IMG/VR virus record: IMGVR_UViG_3300020711_000014
Coordinates: 1-50,968 of that record
Length of the DNA: 50,968 bases
From: a virus
Taxonomy: Duplodnaviria > Caudoviricetes
Reading direction: 5' to 3' (one strand)
Program-made: the position numbers and the translations under genes
Part shown: positions 7,075-16,702 of the stretch, piece by piece
Layout: the number at the start of each line of letters is the position of its first letter
Numbering within the stretch: the first letter of the stretch is position 1
Notes under the pieces: model-generated
Database searches by the model: none
Told to the model about the DNA's origin: nothing
The model's input: the letters and a program-made list of their open reading frames with translations, nothing else

Positions 7075-8589
7075 ATGCCATTTCAGTCGGAAAACCAACG
7101 AAAAGCGATGTACGCTGCTGCCGCGGGCAAATCTAATATTGGTATTCCAAAATCAGTAGGTGAAAAATTCATTAAACATAAAGATGACGGCGAAGCCGAA
7201 AATCTTGAATGGTTAAATGAACTTCTATTAAAAGAAATGGAAGTAAAAGCATTAAAAGAGGATTCTTTGGTATCTGCGCCCGTTCTTTTGGCGCCTACAG
7301 AGTTTGAAACTGATAGCAATATCGTGGTTCGCAAAGGCGAATTAAGCCACGAATTACGAAAATTGCAAATTAAAGATATTGGCGAAAAACTATATCAAGT
7401 TGCCCAGCACATTAAAGATCTTAAAAAAGACGATGATTGCGACGAAGAAGCTGTCCCGCGTTTTGGTGTAGAAGATAAAAACGATGCAGACCCATGCTGG
7501 GAAGGCTACAAACAATACGGCATGAAAGAAAAAGACGGTAAAAGCGTACCAAATTGCGTACCAGATGCCGAAAATGAACCAATTGAACAAAATGCTCAAT
7601 TAGTTCCAGAACCACCAAAAGAAGTAAAACCCGAAGATAACATGGGCGGCGCTCAAGGTAGAGCTGCTGGCATTATGTTTATCACCCCAAACGAAGAAGT
7701 TTTGATGATTCGTAGAGGCATGGGTGGTGGTGACTATCCCGGCACTTGGTGTATTCCGGGCGGGCATCAAAAAGGCGATGAAACCCTTGAAGAATGCGCC
7801 CGCCGTGAATGTAAAGAAGAAACTGGTATTGACTATAAAGGCAAACTAGAAGTTCTTTATGACGACGGACAATTCTGCTATTACGTTGCTCACAACTTCC
7901 CTAAAGAAGAAGTAAAACTAAATTACGAATCTTCTGGATCTGATTGGTGCAGCCCAACAGTTCCGCCAATGCCATTACATCCGGGTTTAGAAAATGCGTT
8001 CAAAATTGCAATGGCTAAAACCGAAACCGATGTAGCTAAATTGATCGCTGAGGGTTTATTAGCTAGCCCACAGATGTATGCCAATATTGCTTTGTTAGCA
8101 ATTCGCATCACCGGTACAGGTTTAGCGTTCCGTTCAAGTATCGGTGAACACGTTTGGCGTGATCCATCTTTGTATTTAAACGATGAGTTTTTACAGCGTT
8201 GTAACGGCTTGATGGTAATCATGGATCACCCCGAAACTCAAGTATTAACAACCGAAGAATTTAAAAATCGTGCAGTTGGTTCTGTTTTGCTACCTTACAT
8301 TAAAGGCGATGAAGTCTGGGGTATTGCAAAGATCTATGACCAAGATGCAATTTCCGAAATTTTGGAAGGCGAAGTATCGACTTCCCCAGCAGTTGTTTTT
8401 GACCAAACTGCTGGTAACATTACACTTACAACCGAGAATGGCGAGCCACTCTTGATTGAGGGTGTGCCATTCCTACTGGATCACATAGCAATCGTTACGA
8501 AAGCTAGGGGTTCAAAGGGAGTATGGGACAAAGGCGGCGACGCCGCTGGAGTTTTATTAACTAACAATGAGGTGTCTGAAAATGACTGA
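7075..8589 (+). CDS. Multidomain head protein: Nudix hydrolase plus DUF2213-like (putative prohead protease) domain
   Basis: Nudix box GHQKGDETLEECARRECKEETG; C-terminal IMDHP...STSP...DHIAIV; position before scaffold. Confidence 0.8.
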   Translation: MPFQSENQRKAMYAAAAGKSNIGIPKSVGEKFIKHKDDGEAENLEWLNELLLKEMEVKALKEDSLVSAPVLLAPTEFETDSNIVVRKGELSHELRKLQIKDIGEKLYQVAQHIKDLKKDDDCDEEAVPRFGVEDKNDADPCWEGYKQYGMKEKDGKSVPNCVPDAENEPIEQNAQLVPEPPKEVKPEDNMGGAQGRAAGIMFITPNEEVLMIRRGMGGGDYPGTWCIPGGHQKGDETLEECARRECKEETGIDYKGKLEVLYDDGQFCYYVAHNFPKEEVKLNYESSGSDWCSPTVPPMPLHPGLENAFKIAMAKTETDVAKLIAEGLLASPQMYANIALLAIRITGTGLAFRSSIGEHVWRDPSLYLNDEFLQRCNGLMVIMDHPETQVLTTEEFKNRAVGSVLLPYIKGDEVWGIAKIYDQDAISEILEGEVSTSPAVVFDQTAGNITLTTENGEPLLIEGVPFLLDHIAIVTKARGSKGVWDKGGDAAGVLLTNNEVSEND

Positions 8590-9421
8590 AAATAAGATTG
8601 AGCCAAAGGCAGATGCCCAAGGCGATAAATTAGATGCCATTATGTCTTTATTGGGAAAAACAATGTCCCGTTTAGATGAAATGGAAAAAAACCTTCCTGC
8701 GCCACCCCTAGTAACTGCGGCTGATAAAAAAGCTAAAGCGAAAAAAGATGACGACATGGAAGCATGTGACGATGATGAAGAAGAAGAAGCTAAGAAAGAT
8801 GACGATGAGTCTGAAGCTAAAGCTAAGAAATTCATGATGCGTAAGGCTAAGAAGGACGCAGAGGGATCTGATCCTAAAGAGCACGGCAAAGCTGGCGAGA
8901 TCAAGCCAGATGACGAAGGCGAAGTTGAACATCCGGGTCATATGGAGTTCAAAAAAGACGACGACGAAGAAGATGACCGTAAAGATGATGACGAAGAAGC
9001 AGCTAAGAAAGATGACGAAGAAGCCGCATACGCTGATTGTCAAGCTAAAGCTGATTCTGTTTACTCAGCTTTTGGTAAATCTGCATCACGTCCATTACAA
9101 GGCGAAAGCTTAATGGCTTATCGCAAACGTATGCTCCGTGGTTTGCAAGCTCATAGCGACGAAATGAAAAACGTAAACATCAACAAGATTGCTGACGAAA
9201 CAATGTTGCAAATCGTTGAAAAACGTGTTTATGCTGACGCTCTTGCTGCTTCCCGTGGAACTGGCGCAATCGCAAAAGGTCAATTGATCGCGTTGCACAA
9301 GAAAGACCAAGCTGGTCGTACCATCACTGAATACCGTGGTGATATGGAAGCATGGTTAGGTGACTTCAAGCTCCCAACTCATCGGGTCGTGAAGTTTAAT
9401 ACTGAAAATGTTAAGCGATAA
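8582..9421 (+). CDS. Capsid scaffolding protein (putative)
   Basis: Highly charged KKDDDEE repeats; GAGG RBS before ATG 8582. Confidence 0.7.
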   Translation: MTENKIEPKADAQGDKLDAIMSLLGKTMSRLDEMEKNLPAPPLVTAADKKAKAKKDDDMEACDDDEEEEAKKDDDESEAKAKKFMMRKAKKDAEGSDPKEHGKAGEIKPDDEGEVEHPGHMEFKKDDDEEDDRKDDDEEAAKKDDEEAAYADCQAKADSVYSAFGKSASRPLQGESLMAYRKRMLRGLQAHSDEMKNVNINKIADETMLQIVEKRVYADALAASRGTGAIAKGQLIALHKKDQAGRTITEYRGDMEAWLGDFKLPTHRVVKFNTENVKR

Positions 9422-9431
9422 GGAATAAGCC

Positions 9432-10091
9432 ATGACCGCACAAATTTCTCTACAACCAATGGTAACAACCAACGCTGCTGGCTTATTTAATGTCAACTCC
9501 GCTGGTTTTACACAAGGTGATGCACTCGACGATCCAGCAGTTAAATTCTGGTTGGCTGGTGGTGTTCTTTCAACTTCTGCTACTTCTCCTTTATGGGGCG
9601 GAGTTCCAATTGCTGAATTGATCCCAACTGCACAATCTGGTGTTTACTCTGGTGACACACAACCCGGTACTGACACATTAGGTTCTACCATTATCCAAGC
9701 ATCTACTGTAGCTGCTCCGACTGGTATTTCCGTGTTTAACCAAGCTTTCCAAGGTATCACAACCCCACAAAGCACAGCACCGTTGTACTCTCCCGGCATG
9801 TCTGTAAACTTCTACCGTTTCGGTTCAGGCGCTCGTATTCCATTGCCTTGCGATGCTTCTATCGTAGCTTTGGCTGGCAGCTCTATCACTGAAACTGTGT
9901 ATTGGGATACAACAAACCTCCGTTTAACAACAACAGCAACGAGCAACTTTGCAGTACCTTGCAAAATCTTGCGTATTAGCACTTCTGGTAACAAAATTGT
10001 TAACTACAATTCTGGTACTGGCAATGCTAACTGGTCTAACACCATCGTTGGTGGCTCATCTGCTGCTCCTGTAGCAGTTGTTCTAATCTAA
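9432..10091 (+). CDS. Head decoration/cement protein (putative)
   Basis: Between scaffold and MCP; strong codon bias. Confidence 0.6.
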   Translation: MTAQISLQPMVTTNAAGLFNVNSAGFTQGDALDDPAVKFWLAGGVLSTSATSPLWGGVPIAELIPTAQSGVYSGDTQPGTDTLGSTIIQASTVAAPTGISVFNQAFQGITTPQSTAPLYSPGMSVNFYRFGSGARIPLPCDASIVALAGSSITETVYWDTTNLRLTTTATSNFAVPCKILRISTSGNKIVNYNSGTGNANWSNTIVGGSSAAPVAVVLI

Positions 10092-10105
10092 GAAAGGAAT
10101 AGATC

Positions 10106-11131
10106 ATGTCAGGTTTTGCACCTTCATATGTAACAGTAAATCCACACTTCATGATGCCTGAGCTGATTATGCAGTACAGCTTGGCTTCTGGTGCGTTTAC
10201 AACTCTGGCAACAGAGAACCCAATGCCACGCTTAGGCGAGGCTGACCTTTATGTTTACGCTAAAAAGGTTCAGTTGACGACTCAAGTATCTGCTAACCAA
10301 TCGACTGCTAACCAGTTGCCAAGCGCATCTGTTATCCCTTCGATGATTAGTACTGCTACTTATCGTCTGCAAACCCGCGCTCAGTACGACAACTTCGATG
10401 AAGCTGCTACTGGTGCTTGGGGCTATGCACTCCCAGAGGCTCTCCGTCTTGCTGCTCGTCAAGGTATCGCCCAGCAGTTGCGTAACGCTCTTCTCTATGG
10501 CTACAACCCAGCCAACGGCGAAGGCTTGCTCAATACTTCTGGCGCTACTCGCATCAACTTAGGTGCAGACAGCAACGGTAACGTAGGCTACAGCACATGG
10601 GATTCTGGTCAATTAGCTCAGTTCTTGCTAAATGCAATCGGTAACTTAAAAACTACTACATTGCAAATTGGTCAACCTTTGCGCTTGGTATTCCTTGCTC
10701 CACAGCGTTTCATTCAACAGATCAGCTACGGCGGCATCGTGTCATTGACACAATTCCAACGTATCGGCGCTGGTGTTGAAACTGCTGCTGGCTTGGTTGA
10801 AACCGTAGCTCAGTGGGCAGGTGGTGACGATGTATCTTTTGCTGCTGATGACACACTCATCGGTCAAGGTTACGGCGGTACTGACGCAATCATCTTGATT
10901 GCTCCAGAACTCAAGATTCCTAAAGCAAACTCACGCATCAACACCAACGTATTTGCTGAATTGACACCAAATACAACTGCAACATCTTTGATGCTCTGCG
11001 ACGTGGCTGCACCTACAGAGATTCCTACTCCATTGCCAGACGGTGGTATTACTACCCTCTACACAATGCGTAGCACCTCTGGTTGGGGTATCCGTCCAGA
11101 AGGCATGACGATTATTTCGGCTGCCTATTAA
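10106..11131 (+). CDS. Major capsid protein
   Basis: 341 aa; YGYNPANGEGLLN motif; strong codon bias; terminator follows. Confidence 0.85.
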   Translation: MSGFAPSYVTVNPHFMMPELIMQYSLASGAFTTLATENPMPRLGEADLYVYAKKVQLTTQVSANQSTANQLPSASVIPSMISTATYRLQTRAQYDNFDEAATGAWGYALPEALRLAARQGIAQQLRNALLYGYNPANGEGLLNTSGATRINLGADSNGNVGYSTWDSGQLAQFLLNAIGNLKTTTLQIGQPLRLVFLAPQRFIQQISYGGIVSLTQFQRIGAGVETAAGLVETVAQWAGGDDVSFAADDTLIGQGYGGTDAIILIAPELKIPKANSRINTNVFAELTPNTTATSLMLCDVAAPTEIPTPLPDGGITTLYTMRSTSGWGIRPEGMTIISAAY

Positions 11132-11151
11132 TAAAATCTCGTGAGGATTTT

Positions 11152-11175
11152 AACCACCCTTCGGGGTGGTTTTTT
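11152..11175 (+). terminator. Rho-independent terminator
   Basis: AACCACCC-TTCG-GGGTGGTT followed by T tract. Confidence 0.9.
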
Positions 11176-11190
11176 GTTAATATATGAGAA

Positions 11191-11268
11191 CCCAAGTGAT
11201 GCTGGGAAACATTCTTTATGGGGAGCCGGGGGTTCAAAAGACCCCGCATCATCGGCTTCCCACCCATA
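11191..11268 (+). ncRNA. Structured leader RNA candidate with possible pseudoknot
   Basis: Hairpin CCCA(AGTGATGC)TGGG; stem GGGAGCCG/CGGCTTCC containing a hairpin and a GCATCAT bulge. Confidence 0.45.
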
Positions 11269-11281
11269 CTAGGGGAAAATA

Positions 11282-11788
11282 ATGGATTTATTTATCGCAA
11301 ATTGCAGTAAACAGGACTTTTTGTTCACATATATGTTGCCTGAGAACATTAGACCTTTTTCACACAAAATCCGTGCTGGAGCACAAATTAAGCTAGTTCA
11401 AGATCAACTTCAAGTCGATGCGATCATTAAACAGCATGAGTTGTATGGAATGATGGAAGTCACTAAAGTTAAAAAAGGCTTTGGTGGACTATGCTATCGT
11501 TTTAATAAACCAATTAATGTTGAAGCAATTGAAGCCGGTATTAGTCAATCTGACCAAGAAAATATTGACCGCGCTCAAGAAGCCCGTAGTATCACTGCCG
11601 CAGCGCAAGATCAAATCATTTCAATGAAAGCACAAGAAATGGGAATCAAACAAAAGGGCGGTATTGAGTTTGAAATTACGGAAGATAAAAAGAACGCAGC
11701 CGATCAATCCGAAAAGTTTGACCAAAAAATTGAAGTGATTCATGAAGGTGAAGCACCAAAAGGACGTGGTAGACCAAGAAAAGGATAA
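11282..11788 (+). CDS. Virion-module hypothetical protein
   Basis: 168 aa; AGGGG RBS; C-terminal GRGRPRK. Confidence 0.8.
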   Translation: MDLFIANCSKQDFLFTYMLPENIRPFSHKIRAGAQIKLVQDQLQVDAIIKQHELYGMMEVTKVKKGFGGLCYRFNKPINVEAIEAGISQSDQENIDRAQEARSITAAAQDQIISMKAQEMGIKQKGGIEFEITEDKKNAADQSEKFDQKIEVIHEGEAPKGRGRPRKG

Positions 11789-11793
11789 TAAAT

Positions 11794-11814
11794 AGCCCCC
11801 TTGCGGGGCTTTTT
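11794..11814 (+). terminator. Rho-independent terminator
   Basis: AGCCCC-loop-GGGGCT followed by TTTT. Confidence 0.75.
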
Positions 11815-11850
11815 CATTTAGAATATAGAAAATCTTTCTAGGATGGTTCT

Positions 11851-12309
11851 ATGGCTGATCCAATTGTTTCGCCACCCTCGTTAAACGGCTTTATTGCGTG
11901 GGCGCAAGCCGTTATGGGTATTCCCACTCAGGCTATGTCACCAACCGACCCCGGCTGGAATTACGCTTATGTATTGGCTTTGGATATTGTTCCAACCGAT
12001 TTTGCGGCAACTGTACCTGATATTTATACGCTGACAGTTTATAACTGGGCAGGAAGTCAGCTTTTACAGTTTCAACAAGATTACGCTGGACAAAGCTATT
12101 TCACTACATTACGCGCTCAATTTGGCATTAACAACTTTATTGCCGGTGTAGTCACATCTGCGGGCGACGTAAGCACGAATGAAGCGCTTGCCGTAGGTCA
12201 TGGCTTGCGTGATCTTAGCTTATTGGATTTGCAACGCATTAAAGACCCATACGGGCGCGTAGCGCTGTCATACATGCAACAACTTGGCACACTCTGGGGC
12301 TTAACCTAA
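11851..12309 (+). CDS. Head-tail adaptor (DUF4054-like, putative)
   Basis: Synteny; C-terminal DPYGR..L motif. Confidence 0.6.
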   Translation: MADPIVSPPSLNGFIAWAQAVMGIPTQAMSPTDPGWNYAYVLALDIVPTDFAATVPDIYTLTVYNWAGSQLLQFQQDYAGQSYFTTLRAQFGINNFIAGVVTSAGDVSTNEALAVGHGLRDLSLLDLQRIKDPYGRVALSYMQQLGTLWGLT

Positions 12310-12779
12310 TGAAGCTACATTTAGGCGTTGTAGAAGTACCTGAAATTGAAGGTACTACCTATACCGTAGGACAAGACCTTGAAAAAAGATACGGTCTATT
12401 TTCAATGTTTTATAACGCCCATCAACAAGAGATTGCCGATTTAATCGCTAAAGACGCCGCAATAGGTTTAGAAATGGCAGAAAAAAACATGCCAATTTCT
12501 GTAAAATCTGTTTTTGCAGTTAGCGGGGAAACAATTACCGATAAAATGCACAACTTTTTGACTAGTCAAGAAATCGAACGCGTGGCGGGAAAATACGGCG
12601 AAGAAGGTATTCCAACCAAAGCCGCATTAGAAGGCATTAACACTCGCACTGCAACCGGAAAAGCTCCTAAAAGAATACGAAAAGGTCAAAAATTTAAAAA
12701 GGTGGTTACAGGTGTTCGCCGCCCATCTTTTATTGATACCGGTATTTTTGAGCGATCTTTAAAAGGATGGATTGAATAA
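12309..12779 (+). CDS. Neck/tail completion protein (putative)
   Basis: RPSFIDTG motif; synteny. Confidence 0.55.
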   Translation: MKLHLGVVEVPEIEGTTYTVGQDLEKRYGLFSMFYNAHQQEIADLIAKDAAIGLEMAEKNMPISVKSVFAVSGETITDKMHNFLTSQEIERVAGKYGEEGIPTKAALEGINTRTATGKAPKRIRKGQKFKKVVTGVRRPSFIDTGIFERSLKGWIE

Positions 12780-13780
12780 TGGCATCCGCAGTCGAAGCAG
12801 CAGGAGCAAAACCGCAACTTGGCGCTGGATTAGCCCAAGGTGTTGAAACTATATCCAACTACGAAGAGGTTACATTTACGCTTTATGTAAAGCTAGTGTT
12901 GCCTTTAGACGGCTATGTTTTTTGGGTAAATGCCAGTCTTTTGACTGACTCTGCTCTTTATAACGCATCGCAATATAACAAACTGCTTTATAACAACTAC
13001 CCAACTGGAATACCCCCAAAGCAAATTACGGCTAAAGGTTCATTCCATGTGCATCAAGATATGCACCAGTTGGCGGATAGAACAACCGTTTACAACCATA
13101 TTATTTTTACTTCTTTGCAACCTATACAAGATTTCAATTTAGTAAACCCACAGTTTTTGTATATTGCAAACTATCAGGGCTATAAATACGCTTTTAGCCG
13201 TAGGGAAAACTACTACAAACAAGCTGATTTATACCACTATCGTGGCGACGCGCTCTATTCCATTATGGATACGCAGGTCATTGATTCCATGACTGGATTC
13301 GATACTACCAGCGTAATCGTATCCAATAGCCTTCCAATTTGGCTTGGTTTAAATCAGTTTTTCCCTATGTACCCATCGTATTTGGTGGAACAAAACTTGC
13401 CTCCAGTGTACGCGTCGGTAGATATTGATCCGCGACAAACCACTGCACTGCAAGATTTCCCGCTATTAGACCCAGAATCTAACCCATATCAGTTAGTAAA
13501 AGATACGGTAAAAATTGAGCTTTTTGGGGTTAGAAACCACGATGCCCTTAATTTTGTTAACTACATACTGGATTACAGTCGAAATACAGACAATATTGGC
13601 TTAATGAATATGCCTGTAATGCAAGACGAAAAAGTTACCCAACCTGAATTAACTATTTTGGCTCAAAAGAAAACGATTACTTTTGAAGTCAGCTATTTTC
13701 AGACTACAGTAAATAATGTTGCAAGACAATTAATTGAACATGCGTTTATTACCCTTACACCGGGTACTATTCCAAGTTAA
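12779..13780 (+). CDS. Neck/head-closure and tail-terminator-like protein (putative)
   Basis: 333 aa, coupled ORF just before the sheath region. Confidence 0.5.
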   Translation: MASAVEAAGAKPQLGAGLAQGVETISNYEEVTFTLYVKLVLPLDGYVFWVNASLLTDSALYNASQYNKLLYNNYPTGIPPKQITAKGSFHVHQDMHQLADRTTVYNHIIFTSLQPIQDFNLVNPQFLYIANYQGYKYAFSRRENYYKQADLYHYRGDALYSIMDTQVIDSMTGFDTTSVIVSNSLPIWLGLNQFFPMYPSYLVEQNLPPVYASVDIDPRQTTALQDFPLLDPESNPYQLVKDTVKIELFGVRNHDALNFVNYILDYSRNTDNIGLMNMPVMQDEKVTQPELTILAQKKTITFEVSYFQTTVNNVARQLIEHAFITLTPGTIPS

Positions 13781-13833
13781 AATTAAGTAGTAAGATGTTA
13801 ATATCTCAACCTAGTGTATAAAAGGAGTTACAA

Positions 13834-14148
13834 ATGGCAATCGTTACCAACCCAACCGTTCAAAATGGTGCTTTACTGACAGCCCAAGGTCAAAAAACAT
13901 TTTTCAATATCACTGCTGATACTTTAGTAAAAGCGACTGCTGGTCGTGTTGCTAAGGTTAGCGTTTTAGTTGCTGGCTCTGTTGCTGGCTCTGTAAACGA
14001 CGCTGCAACTATTGGCGGTGCTGCTACTGCAAACGAAATTGCAGTAATCCCAAACACTGTTGGCGTTTATAACATTGACTTCCCTGTTTCTAATGGCATC
14101 GTCATTAAAGCTGGTACAGGCAATACTATCGCTGTTAGCTACATCTAA
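13834..14148 (+). CDS. Small structural/decoration protein
   Basis: AAGGAG RBS; beta-rich A/T/V composition. Confidence 0.65.
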   Translation: MAIVTNPTVQNGALLTAQGQKTFFNITADTLVKATAGRVAKVSVLVAGSVAGSVNDAATIGGAATANEIAVIPNTVGVYNIDFPVSNGIVIKAGTGNTIAVSYI

Positions 14149-14161
14149 TTAGGGGGCAACT

Positions 14162-15472
14162 ATGCCAAATATTGTAAACGTAGTTGTCACCCAACAGGTG
14201 GCAAGTGCGCCAAGTCAGCTACAACAAACTGGCGCACTTGTTTCCCAAGGGGGAACAACTTTAGCTGCTGGAACAAGTCAACTATTGACCCAGCTTTCAG
14301 ATTTAACTTCTATTCTTAGAAGCTCTAGCGCTATTGCTTCAGCATCTTGGACAGGCGGAACTGTAACAGTAACTACTACCGCAGCTCACGGCGTTCCTTC
14401 TGGCGATACTATTCAAGGTATTATTGCTGGCGTTACCGTTAGCGGTAGCACTAATAACGGATATAACGGCACTTTCGCTATTACATCTACTGGTACAAAT
14501 ACTTTAACTTACGCTGTTGCAAGCAACCCCGGCACTGCCGTAACAACTTCAGCTTTCTTTACTATTGAAGATGTTTCTGAATTAGTAGCGATGGCTACTA
14601 CATTCTTTGCTCAAGGTTCTACTGTTTCAGTTTATGTATTAGAGTTGGGTGTTGATACTGTAGTTAACGGCGTAACTGCTTTAGAAGCGTATATAGCCAA
14701 TCCAACAATTAGATTTTACAGCTATTTGTTGCCTAAATCGTGGGATGTTACAGCAGCTCAAACAATGGCTAAGTTGTATACAAGTACAACTTCTCAATTG
14801 TATTTCTATGTAACTTCTACTTTAGCAACATACTCTGGTTGGGCAGGTATTAAATCAGCTTTTGTAACATTACAAAGCCCTGCTGCTCCATCAACAGAGT
14901 TTACTGCCGCTGCTATTTTCTGGGCTTCTTTGGCTTATAACCCAAGTGCAACTAATTTAGCGCATCCGTTTGAATACACTTATGTTTATTCTGTAACACC
15001 TTACGCTTTAACCAATTCTGTCCAAACAACTTTATTGGCAGCAGGTGTAAACTGGGTTGGTACAGGCGCACAAGGCGGTATTTCAAATACGCTAATTGAA
15101 GGCGGTACGTTTATGGATCTCAATCCATTTAACTACTGGTATTGCGTAGATTGGTTATCAATTAATGTGGCTCAGTCTTTATCTGCCGCAATTATTAACG
15201 GTTCTAATCTGCCTACAAATCCTTTGTACTATAATCAAGCTGGTATCAATACCTTGCAAAAGGTAGCTCAAGCAACAGTTAATAATGGTATTTCGTTTGG
15301 ATTGATCCTATCTCCAGCAAGCGTCGCTGCTGTTCCATTTACTACTTATGTAGCGCAGCACCCCGGAGATTACAGCACTGGTACTTACAACGGTTTGAGC
15401 CTAACATTTGTTCCATTGCGTGGATTTAGCTCCATTACTATTTACTTAACTGCATCTAACATTCCAGTTTAA
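14162..15472 (+). CDS. Tail sheath protein (DUF3383-like) with inserted beta domain
   Basis: YWYCVDWL and PLYYNQAGI motifs; precedes tube gene. Confidence 0.8.
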   Translation: MPNIVNVVVTQQVASAPSQLQQTGALVSQGGTTLAAGTSQLLTQLSDLTSILRSSSAIASASWTGGTVTVTTTAAHGVPSGDTIQGIIAGVTVSGSTNNGYNGTFAITSTGTNTLTYAVASNPGTAVTTSAFFTIEDVSELVAMATTFFAQGSTVSVYVLELGVDTVVNGVTALEAYIANPTIRFYSYLLPKSWDVTAAQTMAKLYTSTTSQLYFYVTSTLATYSGWAGIKSAFVTLQSPAAPSTEFTAAAIFWASLAYNPSATNLAHPFEYTYVYSVTPYALTNSVQTTLLAAGVNWVGTGAQGGISNTLIEGGTFMDLNPFNYWYCVDWLSINVAQSLSAAIINGSNLPTNPLYYNQAGINTLQKVAQATVNNGISFGLILSPASVAAVPFTTYVAQHPGDYSTGTYNGLSLTFVPLRGFSSITIYLTASNIPV

Positions 15473-15484
15473 GGAGAATAAATA

Positions 15485-15928
15485 ATGTTAAATCCACAAA
15501 TTCAACAAGGCACGTTAAATAGGCTACTAGCCAGCGTTGTTTACGCTACTTTTCCGCAACTAAACGTAACGGCTGGCTACTTATCTAAAGAAGCAATTAG
15601 CTTGGCTTTTGATGGTGATACTTCTCAACTTATTCCGACTTTAACGGGCGCTGTAACCAGCCCAGAGCCGTATATTTTTGGGACTGTCACTATGCATTTG
15701 CTAAGAACTCAAGCTCTTGGTGAAGCATATAGCAGTCAAATTCGTACTAACACTACATTAGGTTCTGTTACGGTTTACCCTGATACACAAGTATTACAGC
15801 CGTTCCAGTTAAATAACTGTGTTTTAATGAGTATTCAAGAAACAACTTTTGATGGTAATCAAGCGGGTTTAGTAGTACGCTTGCGTGGTGTATACAGTAT
15901 TAATAGCGCCTTATTTGCGGCAAGTTAA
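15485..15928 (+). CDS. Tail tube protein
   Basis: 147 aa directly after sheath; AAGGAG RBS. Confidence 0.75.
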   Translation: MLNPQIQQGTLNRLLASVVYATFPQLNVTAGYLSKEAISLAFDGDTSQLIPTLTGAVTSPEPYIFGTVTMHLLRTQALGEAYSSQIRTNTTLGSVTVYPDTQVLQPFQLNNCVLMSIQETTFDGNQAGLVVRLRGVYSINSALFAAS

Positions 15929-15996
15929 CGTAAACTAGGCTAAAGCAATCTCCCCGGATTAGTAACTTTTTCCGGGGATTTTTATAAAAGAAAACG

Positions 15997-16572
15997 ATGA
16001 AAATTAATCGCAAACTAAACATAGTTCTTCCTGTAGATATTGGCGAAGGCGAAAAAATATTTGTTCATTCAACACCTATTAGCCGAGATGTATTTGAAAA
16101 CTATTATTCGCAATTAGGCGCCGTTTTTACCAAATGTTTTGATGCCATCAATCAAGCGCATTTAGCGCTTACAGCACCTCAATTAGCTTATCCAGCGTTG
16201 AAAAAAATTTCTTTAGATAGCGGCACATGGGATAGCGTACAAAAAGGGCTAATAAATGAAATTATTAGGCTTTCCAACGTTATAATGGCGACAGAAAAAG
16301 GGTGGGAATCTGTACCTCTTGATTTAGTAATTAAACGTGAAATGTTAGACGAGGACACCGTAGCGGAGGTGCTAAGTTCGCTAGTTTTTTTTACGTCAAT
16401 TTGGCGGACAGCGCCAAAGGAATTAAGAATTTCCTTTTTGGAAATGGCAGGGTCGCTAAGGAATTGGGAGTTTATATCATTGGATTCTTCGGAGTATCTG
16501 AATGGCTTACCGACATTGACAATCAAAGAGAATATTGGAAAGAAAGCCAAAGCATCGTCCATTGCATCTTAG
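15997..16572 (+). CDS. Tail assembly chaperone
   Basis: Between tube and tape measure. Confidence 0.7.
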   Translation: MKINRKLNIVLPVDIGEGEKIFVHSTPISRDVFENYYSQLGAVFTKCFDAINQAHLALTAPQLAYPALKKISLDSGTWDSVQKGLINEIIRLSNVIMATEKGWESVPLDLVIKREMLDEDTVAEVLSSLVFFTSIWRTAPKELRISFLEMAGSLRNWEFISLDSSEYLNGLPTLTIKENIGKKAKASSIAS

Positions 16573-16694
16573 ATAAGCTATCAACCAGTGGATTTAGTGA
16601 TTTTGTTAACGAATATGGTTTAAAATGGATAGACGCAAGCGAATATAGGCAAAGGCACCTGATTCGAGCGATTAATAACAAATCTTTGTTTTAA
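16384..16694 (+). CDS. -1 frame extension of tail chaperone (G-T-like, putative frameshift product)
   Basis: Open -1 frame ending 8 nt before the tape measure; slippery T TTT TTT at 16386-16392. Confidence 0.5.
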
Positions 16695-16702
16695 GGCACA
16701 TC

